Virus record (IMG/VR): IMGVR_UViG_2531839531_000006
Source: a virus
Taxonomy: Duplodnaviria; Heunggongvirae; Uroviricota; Caudoviricetes
DNA: 11,753 nt
Direction: 5' to 3' (one strand)
Shown piece by piece: positions 1-7,662 of this stretch (position 1 is the stretch's first letter; each line of letters starts with the position of its first letter). The position numbers were made by a program, and so were the translations under genes. The notes below the pieces were generated by a model. It ran no database searches, was not told the DNA's origin, and saw only the letters and a program-made list of their open reading frames with translations.

Positions 1-1284
1 TTACTTCTTCGCCTCTGCAACCACTTTACTACCCACGCCGCGGTTATTGTATTCCCACATGCGGTTGTAGTTAGTGTCATTCAGATTGCGCTGTATTTCG
101 TCGTTATCATCTACGCTGCCGGTATTACCCGCAAACGGACGATTAGAGATCACCGCATCGGCCCACGGTTTAGCCGTGTTAAAACCTTCGTTGATGGCGC
201 TATCACGGATCACCACCTGACCGTTGGTATTGGCATCAACATCCAGCGAGCGGCCCAGTTGCGCCACACCATCACCGAAAGCATTGAAACGGCTGTTTAC
301 GGCGAGGAAACCGTAGTAAATGTTGGACAGCGTAGCCGGTGCAAACACATACGCTTCTTGCTGAGTACGTGAGTTCACCACGCGGAATTCGGTGTTATCG
401 AACACCACTGCGCCGCGACCAGAAACGATATCCACATCCCCTTCAATGTAGCTGTTGGTCACCAGCGTACGCGGCTGATGGTTGGTTTCCAGACGGTTCT
501 GCACACCGCTGTTGGTGACAAAGAAGGTGTTCTGACGACCGAGAATGTTAACGTTGTTAATCTGTACCAGGTCACCATCAGTACGCAGTGCCACCGCCGG
601 ATGGTTACCTGCATCTACGCTATCGCCCAGCGTGTTTTCGATGGTCAGATTTTGCAGTTGCAGGCCATTGTTTTGTGACCAGAAGACCGCAGAGCAGAGA
701 ACACCGATACTGTCGCTGCGTTTGCTCTGGCAGCTATCGTACATATACCACGCTGGTTTACCTGGCATATATTTGCCGCGCGGGTTGACGTCGTGACGCC
801 AGTCGGCAGGGCTCATGCCACCATCAAGGGAAAGCCCAATCTTCACATCAATCGGTTTTTCACCTGTACCGTACAGAGTAATTCCACCCGGAGCGGCAGG
901 GACATATACCGTTCCCTGATACTCACCAGGCATCACGGCAATATACTGGCGCTTGTTGGTACGCTTGATAATTGCCGCATCTACCGCCGCCTGAATCGTG
1001 GTATGCGTTACACCTTGAGTGCCCGCCGGGCCGACAACAAAGTCAGGTTGCGCAGGCAGGGTAATCGGGGAAGGATTCCACGCTGCAGCACCTGGTGTCA
1101 GGGATGCAAAATAGTGTTGAGCATCGAAATTCTGCGCTTCTTTTGCCGACAGAATCGGGCGAGAAGAGGTACCAGGCGCGGTTTGATCAGAAGGACGTTG
1201 ATCGGGCGGGGTTGAGCTACAGGCGGTCAGCGTCACGCCAAAAGCCAATGCCAGCGCCAGACGGGAAACTGAAAATGTGTTCAC
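1..1284 (-). CDS. ybhC: Outer-membrane lipoprotein YbhC (pectinesterase-fold putative acyl-CoA thioesterase); host gene flanking lambda attB
   Basis: Complete 427-aa ORF with stop at 1-3. N-terminus MNTFSVSRLALALAFGVTLTAC is a lipoprotein signal peptide with an LTAC lipobox. Sequence matches my recollection of E. coli YbhC, the gene next to lambda attB. Confidence 0.85.
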   Translation of the reverse strand: MNTFSVSRLALALAFGVTLTACSSTPPDQRPSDQTAPGTSSRPILSAKEAQNFDAQHYFASLTPGAAAWNPSPITLPAQPDFVVGPAGTQGVTHTTIQAAVDAAIIKRTNKRQYIAVMPGEYQGTVYVPAAPGGITLYGTGEKPIDVKIGLSLDGGMSPADWRHDVNPRGKYMPGKPAWYMYDSCQSKRSDSIGVLCSAVFWSQNNGLQLQNLTIENTLGDSVDAGNHPAVALRTDGDLVQINNVNILGRQNTFFVTNSGVQNRLETNHQPRTLVTNSYIEGDVDIVSGRGAVVFDNTEFRVVNSRTQQEAYVFAPATLSNIYYGFLAVNSRFNAFGDGVAQLGRSLDVDANTNGQVVIRDSAINEGFNTAKPWADAVISNRPFAGNTGSVDDNDEIQRNLNDTNYNRMWEYNNRGVGSKVVAEAKK

Positions 1285-1330
1285 AGGTTGCTCCGGGCTA
1301 TGAAATAGAAAAATGAATCCGTTGAAGCCT

Positions 1331-1345
1331 GCTTTTTTATACTAA
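1331..1345. other. attL core (15-bp lambda att common core GCTTTTTTATACTAA)
   Basis: Exact 15-bp core at 1331..1345. Host-type sequence (B arm) lies to the left and lambda P'-arm sequence to the right, which is the BOP' arrangement of attL. Confidence 0.9.
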
Positions 1346-1370
1346 GTTGGCATTATAAAAAAGCATTGCT

Positions 1371-1418
1371 TATCAATTTGTTGCAACGAACAGGTCACTA
1401 TCAGTCAAAATAAAATCA
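1371..1418. promoter_or_regulatory. attL P' arm: IHF H' site and Int arm-type binding sites
   Basis: TATCAATTTGTTG at 1371..1383 fits the IHF consensus (WATCAAnnnnTTR). CAGGTCACTAT (1391..1401) and CAGTCAAAAT (1402..1411) fit Int arm-type sites, located between the core and the end of int as in lambda. Confidence 0.7.
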
Positions 1419-2489
1419 TTATTTGATTTCAATTTTGTCCCACTCCCTGCCTCTGTCATCACGATACTGTGATGCCATGGTGTCCGACTTATGCCCGAGA
1501 AGATGTTGAGCAAACTTATCGCTTATCTGCTTCTCATAGAGTCTTGCAGACAAACTGCGCAACTCGTGAAAGGTAGGCGGATCCCCTTCGAAGGAAAGAC
1601 CTGATGCTTTTCGTGCGCGCATAAAATACCTTGATACTGTGCCGGATGAAAGCGGTTCACGACGAGTAGATGCAATTATGGTTTCTCCGCCAAGAATCTC
1701 TTTGCATTTATCAAGTGTTTCCTTCATTGATATCCCGAGAGCATCAACATGCAATGTTGTTGGGATGGCAATTTTTACGCCTGTTTTGCTTTGCTCGACA
1801 TAAAGATATCCATCTACGATATCAGACCACTTCATTTCGCATAAATCACCAACTCGTTGCCCGGTAACAACAGCCAGTTCCATTGCAAGTCTGAGCCAAC
1901 ATGGTGATGATTCTGCTGCTTGATAAATTTTCAGGTATTCGTCAGCCGTAAGTCTTGATCTCCTTACCTCTGATTTTGCTGCGCGAGTGGCAGCGACAGG
2001 GTTTGTTGTTATATGGCCTTCAGCTATTGCCTCTCGGAATGCATCGCTCAGTGTTGATCTGATTAACTTGGCTGACGCCGCCTTGCCCTCGTCTATGTAT
2101 CCATTGAGCATTGCCGCAATTTCTTTTGTGGTGATGTCTTCAAGTGGAGCATCAGGCAGACCCCTCCTTATTGCTTTAATTTTGCTCATGTAATTTATGA
2201 GTGTCTTCTGCTTGATTCCTCTGCTGGCCAGGATTTTTTCGTAGCGATCAAGCCATGAATGTAACGTAACGGAATTATCACTGTTGATTCTCGCTGTCAG
2301 AGGCTTGTGTTTGTGTCCTGAAAATAACTCAATGTTGGCCTGTATGGCTTCAGTGATTGCGATTCGCCTGTCTCTGCCTAATCCAAACTCTTTACCCGTC
2401 CTTGGGTCCCTGTAGCAGTAATATCCATTGTTTCTTATATAAAGGTTAGGGGGTAAATCTCGGCGCTCATGACTTCGCCTTCTTCCCAT
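1419..2489 (-). CDS. int: Lambda-type integrase (tyrosine recombinase)
   Basis: 356-aa ORF beginning MGRRRSHERRDLPPNLYIRNNGYYCYRDPRTGKEFGLG, matching lambda Int in length and sequence as I recall it. It lies beside attL and overlaps xis by 23 nt as in lambda. Confidence 0.95.
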   Translation of the reverse strand: MGRRRSHERRDLPPNLYIRNNGYYCYRDPRTGKEFGLGRDRRIAITEAIQANIELFSGHKHKPLTARINSDNSVTLHSWLDRYEKILASRGIKQKTLINYMSKIKAIRRGLPDAPLEDITTKEIAAMLNGYIDEGKAASAKLIRSTLSDAFREAIAEGHITTNPVAATRAAKSEVRRSRLTADEYLKIYQAAESSPCWLRLAMELAVVTGQRVGDLCEMKWSDIVDGYLYVEQSKTGVKIAIPTTLHVDALGISMKETLDKCKEILGGETIIASTRREPLSSGTVSRYFMRARKASGLSFEGDPPTFHELRSLSARLYEKQISDKFAQHLLGHKSDTMASQYRDDRGREWDKIEIK

Positions 2490-2685
2490 TTCTGATCCTC
2501 TTCAAAAGGCTACCTGTTACTGGTCGATTTAAGTCAACCTTTACCGCTGATTCGTGGAACAGATACTCTCTTCCATCCTTAACCGGAGGAGGGAATATCC
2601 TGCACTCGCGTACCCATCGACGAACTGTTTCAAGGCTTCTTGGGCGTCGCTGGCGTGCGTTCCACTCCTGAAGTGTCAAGTACAT
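2467..2685 (-). CDS. xis: Excisionase
   Basis: 72-aa ORF MYLTLQEWNARQRRPRSLETVRRWVRECRIFPPPVKDGREYLFHESAVKVDLNRPVTGSLLKRIRNGKKAKS, matching lambda Xis in length and sequence as recalled. It overlaps the int start. Confidence 0.95.
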   Translation of the reverse strand: MYLTLQEWNARQRRPRSLETVRRWVRECRIFPPPVKDGREYLFHESAVKVDLNRPVTGSLLKRIRNGKKAKS

Positions 2686-2710
2686 CGCAAAGTCTCCGCA
2701 ATTACACGCA

Positions 2711-2733
2711 AGAAAAAACCGCCATCAGGCGGC
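2711..2733 (-). terminator. Putative rho-independent terminator (minus-strand sense) just upstream of xis
   Basis: Plus-strand CCGCC-ATCA-GGCGG (2719..2732) gives a 5-bp GC stem with a 4-nt loop; on the minus strand it is followed by TTTTTTCT (plus-strand A-run 2711..2718). Confidence 0.4.
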
Positions 2734-2783
2734 TTGGTGTTCTTTCAGTTCTTCAATTCGAATATTGGTTACGTCTGCATGTG

Positions 2784-2984
2784 CTATCTGCGCCCACAGC
2801 ATCCAGTGGTCATAGCAGTCGCTGATGTTCTCGGCTTCGATAACTCTGTTGAATGGTTCTCCATTCCATTCACCTGTGACTCGGAAGTGCATTTATCATC
2901 TCCATAAAACAAAACCCGCCGTAGCGAGTTCAGATAAAAGAAATCCTCGTCAGTGCGAGGATGCTGTTCATTGCTGCTATACAC
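2784..2984 (-). CDS. Hypothetical small protein (66 codons, GTG start); possibly non-coding
   Basis: ORF in the six-frame track. The start codon is GTG (plus strand CAC at 2982..2984) with only a weak GAGAG upstream. No recognisable motif. It sits in the non-lambda cassette. Confidence 0.2.
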   Translation of the reverse strand: MYSSNEQHPRTDEDFFYLNSLRRVLFYGDDKCTSESQVNGMENHSTELSKPRTSATAMTTGCCGRR

Positions 2985-3134
2985 TTTTTTGCTCTCAACG
3001 TAAGCGGTAGCCCATTCTGTTGGGTTGGTGCAGTTGCTTTTAGGAAATGCTATTTACCCCTTAAATGTCGGCTGAAAGAGCTAAAATCCATGCAAAAAAT
3101 TTACGCAATTTTGTGTATTATTGTGCAGTAAGTA

Positions 3135-3737
3135 ATGAGCTATTTTCTGCGCAAAAAATGGATGGTAAATTTGTCCGGGTCAGGAAAAATTTTATGGGCG
3201 CTAAACATGAAAAAAGATTCGTATCCTTATTTGATTTGCATGACAGTTTCAGGGCTGATCTTTATTTTCCTTTTCTTCTGGTGGCGGGCAGATATCTACA
3301 GGGTCACGTTTCTTAATCAGAGTATATCCCACTATTACATTCTGTTTAGCATGGGAATAGCTTTTCTGTTATCTCTGTTTTGGGTTAAGAAGGGGATAGT
3401 AAAACAAAGAGGCTGGAAGAGTCTGTCAGCATACCTTAAGGTTTATGCAGGGATGTGCATATTTGCTGGATTTTTTCTGATTATACCCCTTACGACACTA
3501 ACTTATTTTTTGCCTGGAGAGACATCGTCTTATGTTGCACCGTATCGGTATACTTCCGGTAGTTCAAAAAGTTGTTCTGGAGCTGAGGTGGATGACCCCG
3601 ATCTACATGAGAATATTCGCATTTGCTATCCGTATGGCAATTATGAGTACGATAATATTATCTATGTTGAAAAGAAAATTAATATATTAGGTGCGGTAGT
3701 GACATATGCACAGACCGCGCGTGATGATACTGAATGA
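3135..3737 (+). CDS. Hypothetical integral membrane protein (3 predicted TM helices plus a ~70-aa C-terminal soluble domain); cargo gene in the ea-region slot
   Basis: 200-codon ORF on the strand opposite the early operon, in A+T-rich DNA where chance ORFs of this length are unlikely. Three hydrophobic segments: LICMTVSGLIFIFLFFWW, YYILFSMGIAFLLSLFWV, VYAGMCIFAGFFLIIPLTTLTYFL. Start is ambiguous: in-frame ATGs at 3135, 3162 and 3207, none with a strong Shine-Dalgarno. A hairpin terminator follows the stop. Confidence 0.65.
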   Translation: MSYFLRKKWMVNLSGSGKILWALNMKKDSYPYLICMTVSGLIFIFLFFWWRADIYRVTFLNQSISHYYILFSMGIAFLLSLFWVKKGIVKQRGWKSLSAYLKVYAGMCIFAGFFLIIPLTTLTYFLPGETSSYVAPYRYTSGSSKSCSGAEVDDPDLHENIRICYPYGNYEYDNIIYVEKKINILGAVVTYAQTARDDTE

Positions 3738-3771
3738 TATAGTATATAGCGGGCAAGTTTTAGTTAATTTA

Positions 3772-3809
3772 TCGAGGTAATATAATTTACCTCGACTCGT
3801 TTGTTCTGG
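3772..3809 (+). terminator. Putative rho-independent terminator for the plus-strand membrane-protein gene
   Basis: Perfect 9-bp inverted repeat TCGAGGTAA (3772..3780) / TTACCTCGA (3787..3795) with loop TATAAT, followed by T-rich CTCGTTTGTTCT, about 35 nt after the stop at 3737. Confidence 0.45.
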
Positions 3810-3947
3810 TATTAATATTTCGCTTTACGACCGATTTTTATCTGATGATATCATGCGGTTTTCATATACTGACTTACTGTCTTTTCTCCGTTAGCGATTT
3901 TCTCCTGCTCAGCGATGATTTTATCTTTGGCTTCTAGTTAATTTCGC

Positions 3948-4169
3948 TCACTTCGAACCTCTCTGTTTACTGATAAGCTCCAGATCCTCCTGGCAACTTG
4001 CACAAGTCCGACAACCCTGAACGACCAGGCGTCTTCGTTCATCTATCGGATCGCCACACTCACAACAATGAGTGGCAGATATAGCCTGGTGGTTCAGGCG
4101 GCGCATTTTTATTGCTGTGTTGCGCTGTAATTCTTCAATTTCTGATGCTGAATCAATGATGTCTGCCAT
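3948..4169 (-). CDS. TraR/DksA-family C4 zinc-finger protein (lambda orf73-like RNA polymerase-binding regulator)
   Basis: 73-aa ORF with C35-x2-C38-x17-C56-x2-C59 spacing, the TraR/DksA zinc-finger pattern. Size and position are typical of phage TraR homologues upstream of the recombination module. Confidence 0.8.
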   Translation of the reverse strand: MADIIDSASEIEELQRNTAIKMRRLNHQAISATHCCECGDPIDERRRLVVQGCRTCASCQEDLELISKQRGSK

Positions 4170-4218
4170 CTTCCATTAATCCCTGAATTGTTGGTTAATA
4201 CGCTTGAGGGTGAATGCG

Positions 4219-4245
4219 AATAATAAAAAAGGAGCCTGTAGCTCC
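4219..4245 (-). terminator. Putative rho-independent terminator (minus-strand sense) upstream of the TraR-like gene
   Basis: GGAGC-CTGTA-GCTCC hairpin (4231..4245); on the minus strand it is followed by TTTTTTATTATT (plus-strand A-rich 4219..4230). Confidence 0.4.
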
Positions 4246-4267
4246 CTGATGATTTTGCTTTTCATGT

Positions 4268-4579
4268 TCATCGTTCCTTAAAGACGCCGTTTAACATGCC
4301 GATTGCCAGGCTTAAATGAGTCGGTGTGAATCCCATCAGCGTTACCGTTTCGCGGTGCTTCTTCAGTACGCTACGGCAAATGTCATCGACGTTTTTATCC
4401 GGAAACTGCTGTCTGGCTTTTTTGATTTCAGAATTAGCCTGACGGGCAATGCTGCGAAGGGCGTTTTCCTGCTGAGGTGTCATTGAACAAGTCCCATGTC
4501 GGCAAGCATAAGCACACAGAATATGAAGCCCGCTGCCAGAAAAATGCATTCCGTGGTTGTCATACCTGGTCTCTCTCAT
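4268..4579 (-). CDS. Hypothetical protein (lambda orf61 position; 103 codons from the first ATG, or 71 codons from the internal ATG at 4483)
   Basis: ORF whose start overlaps the stop of the upstream ORF by 20 nt. By collinearity the lambda orf61 annotation would end near 4394, but this frame continues to 4268. No motif recognised. Confidence 0.45.
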   Translation of the reverse strand: MRETRYDNHGMHFSGSGLHILCAYACRHGTCSMTPQQENALRSIARQANSEIKKARQQFPDKNVDDICRSVLKKHRETVTLMGFTPTHLSLAIGMLNGVFKER

Positions 4580-4751
4580 CTGCTTCTGCTTTCGCCACCA
4601 TCATTTCCAGCTTTTGTGAAAGGGATGCGGCTAACGTATGAAATTCTTCGTCTGTTTCTACTGGTATTGGCACAAACCTGACTCCAATTTGAGCGAGGCT
4701 ATGTGCCATCTCGATACTCGTTCTTAACTCAACGGGAGATGCTTTGTGCAT
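4560..4751 (-). CDS. Lambda orf63-like hypothetical protein
   Basis: 63-codon ORF at exactly the position and length of lambda orf63, using the offset fixed by exo/bet/gam. Confidence 0.65.
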   Translation of the reverse strand: MHKASPVELRTSIEMAHSLAQIGVRFVPIPVETDEEFHTLAASLSQKLEMMVAKAEADERDQV

Positions 4752-4906
4752 ACAGCTCCCCGTTTATTATTTATCTCCTCAGCCAGCCGCTGTGCTTTCA
4801 GGGGATTTCGGATAACAGAAAGGCCGGGAAATACCCAGCCTCGCTTCGTAACGGAGTAGACGAAAGTGATCGTGCCTACGCGGATATTATCGTGAGGATG
4901 TTTCAT
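4724..4906 (-). CDS. Lambda orf60a-like hypothetical protein
   Basis: 60 codons from [10 protein letters not shown] (the track ORF begins two codons earlier, at 4912). The stop overlaps the next ORF and the start overlaps the exo stop by 4 nt, as in lambda. Confidence 0.6.
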   Translation of the reverse strand: MKHPHDNIRVGTITFVYSVTKRGWVFPGLSVIRNPLKAQRLAEEINNKRGAVCTKHLPLS

Positions 4907-5583
4907 CGCCATTGCTCCCCAAATACAAAACCAATTTCAGCCAGTGCCTCGTCCATTTTTTCGATGAACTCCGGCACCATCTCGTCAAAACTCGCTATAT
5001 ACTTTTCATTCCGCTCAATCACGACATAATGCAGGCCTTCACGCTTCATACGCGGGTCATAGTTGGCAAAGTACCAGGCATCTTTTCGCGTCACCCACAT
5101 GCTGTACTGCACCTGGGCCATGTAAGCCGACTTTATGGCCTCGAAACCACCGAGCCGGAATTTCATGAAATCCCGGGAGGTAAACGGGCATTTCAGCTCA
5201 AGGCCATTGCCGTCACTGCATAAACCATCGGGAGAGCAGGCGGTGCGCATACTTTCGTCGCGATAGATGATCGGGGATTCAATAACATTTACGCCGGAAG
5301 TGAACTCAAACAGGGTTCTGGCGTCGTTCTCGTACTGTTTTCCCCAGGCCAGCGCTTTAGCGTTAACTTCCGGAGCCACACCGGTGCAAACCTCAGCTAG
5401 CAGGGTGTGGAAGTAGGACATTTTCATGTCAGGCCACTTCTTTCCTGATCGGGGCTTTGCTATCACGTTGTGAACTTCTGAAGCGGTGATGACGCCGAGC
5501 CGTAATTTGTGCCATGCATCATCCCCCTGTTCGACAGCTCTCACGTCGATCCCGGTACGCTGCAGGATAATGTCCGGTGTCAT
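4903..5583 (-). CDS. exo: Lambda exonuclease (Red-alpha, 5'-3' dsDNA exonuclease)
   Basis: 226-aa [43 protein letters not shown], matching lambda Exo in length and sequence as recalled. 4-nt overlap with bet. Confidence 0.95.
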   Translation of the reverse strand: MTPDIILQRTGIDVRAVEQGDDAWHKLRLGVITASEVHNVIAKPRSGKKWPDMKMSYFHTLLAEVCTGVAPEVNAKALAWGKQYENDARTLFEFTSGVNVIESPIIYRDESMRTACSPDGLCSDGNGLELKCPFTSRDFMKFRLGGFEAIKSAYMAQVQYSMWVTRKDAWYFANYDPRMKREGLHYVVIERNEKYIASFDEMVPEFIEKMDEALAEIGFVFGEQWR

Positions 5584-6365
5584 GCTGCCACCTTCTGCTC
5601 AGTGGCTTTCTGTTTCAGGAATCCAAGAGCTTTCACTGCTTCGGCCTGTGTCAGTTCTGACGATGCGCGAATGTCGCGGCGAAATATCTGGGAACAGAGC
5701 GGCAATAAGTCGTCATCCCATGTTTTATCCAGGGCGATCAGCAGAGTGTTAATCTCCTGCATGGTTTCATCGTTAACCGGAGTGATGTCGCGTTCCGGCT
5801 GACGTTCTGCAGTGTATGCAGTATTTTCGACAATGCGCTCGGCTTCATCCTTGTCATAGATACCAGCAAATCCGAAGGCCAGACGGGCACACTGAATCAT
5901 GGCTTTATGCCGTAACATCCGTTTGGGATGCGACTGCCACGGTCCGGTGATTTCTCTGCCTTCGCGGGTTTTGAATGGTTCGCGGCGGCATTCATCCATC
6001 CACTCGGTAACGCAGATCGGATGATTGCGGTCTTTGCGGTAAATCCGGCATGTGCAGGATTCGTTGTCCTGTTCAAAGTCCATGCCGTCAAACTGCTGGT
6101 TTTCGTTGATGATGCGGGACCAGCCATCAACGCCCACCACCGGAACGATGCCGTTCTGCTTATCAGGGAAGGCGTAAATTTCTTTCGTCCACGGATTAAG
6201 ACCGTACTGGTTGGCGACGATCAGCAATGCGATGAACTGCGCATCGCTGGCATCACCTTTAAATGCCGTCTGGCGAAGAGTGGTGATCAGTTCCTGTGGG
6301 TCGACAGAATCCATGCCGACTCGTTCAGCCAGCTTCCCAGCCAGCGTTGCGAGTGCTGTACTCAT
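5580..6365 (-). CDS. bet: Red-beta single-strand annealing protein
   Basis: 261-aa [69 protein letters not shown], matching lambda Bet in length and sequence as recalled. Confidence 0.95.
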   Translation of the reverse strand: MSTALATLAGKLAERVGMDSVDPQELITTLRQTAFKGDASDAQFIALLIVANQYGLNPWTKEIYAFPDKQNGIVPVVGVDGWSRIINENQQFDGMDFEQDNESCTCRIYRKDRNHPICVTEWMDECRREPFKTREGREITGPWQSHPKRMLRHKAMIQCARLAFGFAGIYDKDEAERIVENTAYTAERQPERDITPVNDETMQEINTLLIALDKTWDDDLLPLCSQIFRRDIRASSELTQAEAVKALGFLKQKATEQKVAA

Positions 6366-6370
6366 CCGTT

Positions 6371-6787
6371 TTATACCTCTGAATCAATATCAACCTGGTG
6401 GTGAGCAATGGTTTCAACCATGTACCGGATGTGTTCTGCCATGCGCTCCTGAAACTCAACATCGTCATCAAACGCACGGGTAATGGCTTTTTTGCTGGCC
6501 CCGTGGCGTTGCAAATGATCGATGCATAGCGATTCAAACAGGTGCTGGGGCAGGCCTTTTTCCATGTCGTCTGCCAGTTCTGCCTCTTTCTCTTCTCGGG
6601 CGATCTGCTGGTAGTGACGCGCCCAGCTCTGAGCCTCAAGACGATCCTGAATGTAATAAGCGTTCATGGCTGAACTCCTGAAATAGCTGTGAAAATATCG
6701 CCCGCGAAATGCCAGGCTGATTAGGAAAACAGGAAAGGGGGTTAGTGAATGCTTTTGCTTGATCTCAGTTTCAGCATTAATATCCAT
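6371..6787 (-). CDS. gam: Gam, RecBCD inhibitor (long form; internal start gives GamS)
   Basis: 138-aa [64 protein letters not shown], matching lambda Gam in length and sequence as recalled. Confidence 0.95.
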   Translation of the reverse strand: MDINAETEIKQKHSLTPFPVFLISLAFRGRYFHSYFRSSAMNAYYIQDRLEAQSWARHYQQIAREEKEAELADDMEKGLPQHLFESLCIDHLQRHGASKKAITRAFDDDVEFQERMAEHIRYMVETIAHHQVDIDSEV

Positions 6788-6885
6788 TTTTTATAAGCGT
6801 CGACGGCTTCACGAAACATCTTTTCATCGCCAATAAAAGTGGCGATAGTGAATTTAGTCTGGATAGCCATAAGTGTTTGATCCAT
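6742..6885 (-). CDS. kil: Kil (FtsZ-targeting host-killing protein)
   Basis: 47 codons from [47 protein letters not shown], with ATG at 6883..6885. Overlaps the gam start by 46 nt and cIII by 32 nt as in lambda. The 89-codon track ORF is an upstream extension. Confidence 0.85.
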   Translation of the reverse strand: MDQTLMAIQTKFTIATFIGDEKMFREAVDAYKKWILMLKLRSSKSIH

Positions 6886-7018
6886 TCTTTGGGACTCCTG
6901 GCTGATTAAGTATGTCGATAAGGCGTTTCCATCCGTCACGTAATTTACGGGTGATTCGTTCAAGTAAAGATTCGGAAGGGCAGCCAGCAACAGGCCACCC
7001 TGCAATGGCATATTGCAT
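6854..7018 (-). CDS. cIII: CIII (FtsH inhibitor that stabilises CII)
   Basis: 54 codons from [54 protein letters not shown], with ATG at 7016..7018. The 78-codon track ORF is an upstream extension. Confidence 0.85.
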   Translation of the reverse strand: MQYAIAGWPVAGCPSESLLERITRKLRDGWKRLIDILNQPGVPKNGSNTYGYPD

Positions 7019-7090
7019 GGTGTGCTCCTTATTTATACATAACGAAAAACGCCTCGAGTGAAGCGTTATTGGTATGCGGTAAAACCGCAC

Positions 7091-7459
7091 TCAGGCGGCC
7101 TTGATAGTCATATCATCTGAATCAAATATTCCTGATGTATCGATATCGGTAATTCTTATTCCTTCACTACCATCCATTGGAGGCCATCCTTCCTGACCAT
7201 TTCCATCATCCCAGTCGAACTCACAAACAACACCATATGCATTTAAGTCTTTCGAAAGTGCTATAAGCAGAGCATGTTGCGCCAGCATGATTAATACAGC
7301 ATTTAATAAAGAGCCGTGTTTATTGAGTCGGTATTCAGAGTCTGACCAGAAATTATTAATCTGGTGAAGTTTTTCCTCTGTCATTACGTCATGGTCGATT
7401 TCAATTTCTATTGATGCTTTCCAGTCGTAATCAATGATGTATTTTTTGATGTTTGACAT
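7091..7459 (-). CDS. ea10: Ea10 early protein
   Basis: 122-aa ORF MSNIKKYIIDYDWKASIEIEIDHDVMTEEKLHQINNFW, at the lambda ea10 position and length. Confidence 0.85.
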   Translation of the reverse strand: MSNIKKYIIDYDWKASIEIEIDHDVMTEEKLHQINNFWSDSEYRLNKHGSLLNAVLIMLAQHALLIALSKDLNAYGVVCEFDWDDGNGQEGWPPMDGSEGIRITDIDTSGIFDSDDMTIKAA

Positions 7460-7479
7460 CTGTTCATATCCTCACAGAT

Positions 7480-7505
7480 AAAAAATCGCCCTCACACTGG
7501 AGGGC
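7480..7505 (-). terminator. Rho-independent terminator (minus-strand sense) between ral and ea10, in the lambda tL2 region
   Basis: GCCCTC-ACACTG-GAGGGC hairpin (7488..7505), followed on the minus strand by TTTTTT (plus-strand A-run 7480..7485). Confidence 0.5.
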
Positions 7506-7567
7506 AAAGAAGATTTCCAATAATCAGAACAAGTCGACTCCTGTTTAGTTACGAGCGACATTGCTCC

Positions 7568-7595
7568 GTGTATTCACTCGTTGGAATGAATACAC
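7568..7595. repeat. Perfect 9-bp inverted repeat GTGTATTCA-N10-TGAATACAC
   Basis: Read directly from the sequence, in the ea10-ral intergenic region. No flanking T-run on the minus strand, so it is not a typical terminator. Confidence 0.5.
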
Positions 7596-7662
7596 AGTGC
7601 AGTGTTTATTCTGTTATTTATGCAAAAAATAAAGGCCACTATCAGGCAGCTTTGTTGTTCTG

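Noticed and set aside
478-1316. Plus-strand ORFs of 66-140 codons inside ybhC (478..678, 545..796, 588..788, 793..1215, 1095..1316)
   Set aside because: All lie antisense to a well-supported 427-aa lipoprotein gene; Arg/Cys-rich low-complexity translations, no start signals.
1670-2193. Plus-strand ORFs inside int (1670..1867, 1987..2193)
   Set aside because: Antisense to integrase; no independent support.
2554-3010. Plus-strand ORFs 2554..2907, 2640..2825 and 2825..3010 across xis and the adjacent region
   Set aside because: They overlap xis antisense or run through the terminator hairpin; no ribosome-binding sites; probably chance frames.
3065-3316. 83-codon plus-strand ORF overlapping the start of the membrane-protein gene in another frame
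   Set aside because: It overlaps the better-supported 200-codon frame; it has an AGGA before an internal ATG (3194) but that would give only a ~40-aa product with no features.
5486-6483. Plus-strand ORFs antisense to exo, bet and gam (5486..5752, 5509..5802, 5928..6404, 6211..6483) and minus-strand 5897..6130 and 6325..6639 in alternative frames
   Set aside because: Nested in or opposite the confidently identified Red genes.
6742-7090. Extended kil (89 codons) and cIII (78 codons) reading frames from the ORF track
   Set aside because: The canonical starts (MDQTLMAI for Kil at 6885; MQYAIAGW for CIII at 7018) give the known 47- and 54-residue proteins; the upstream extensions are in-frame read-through of neighbouring genes.
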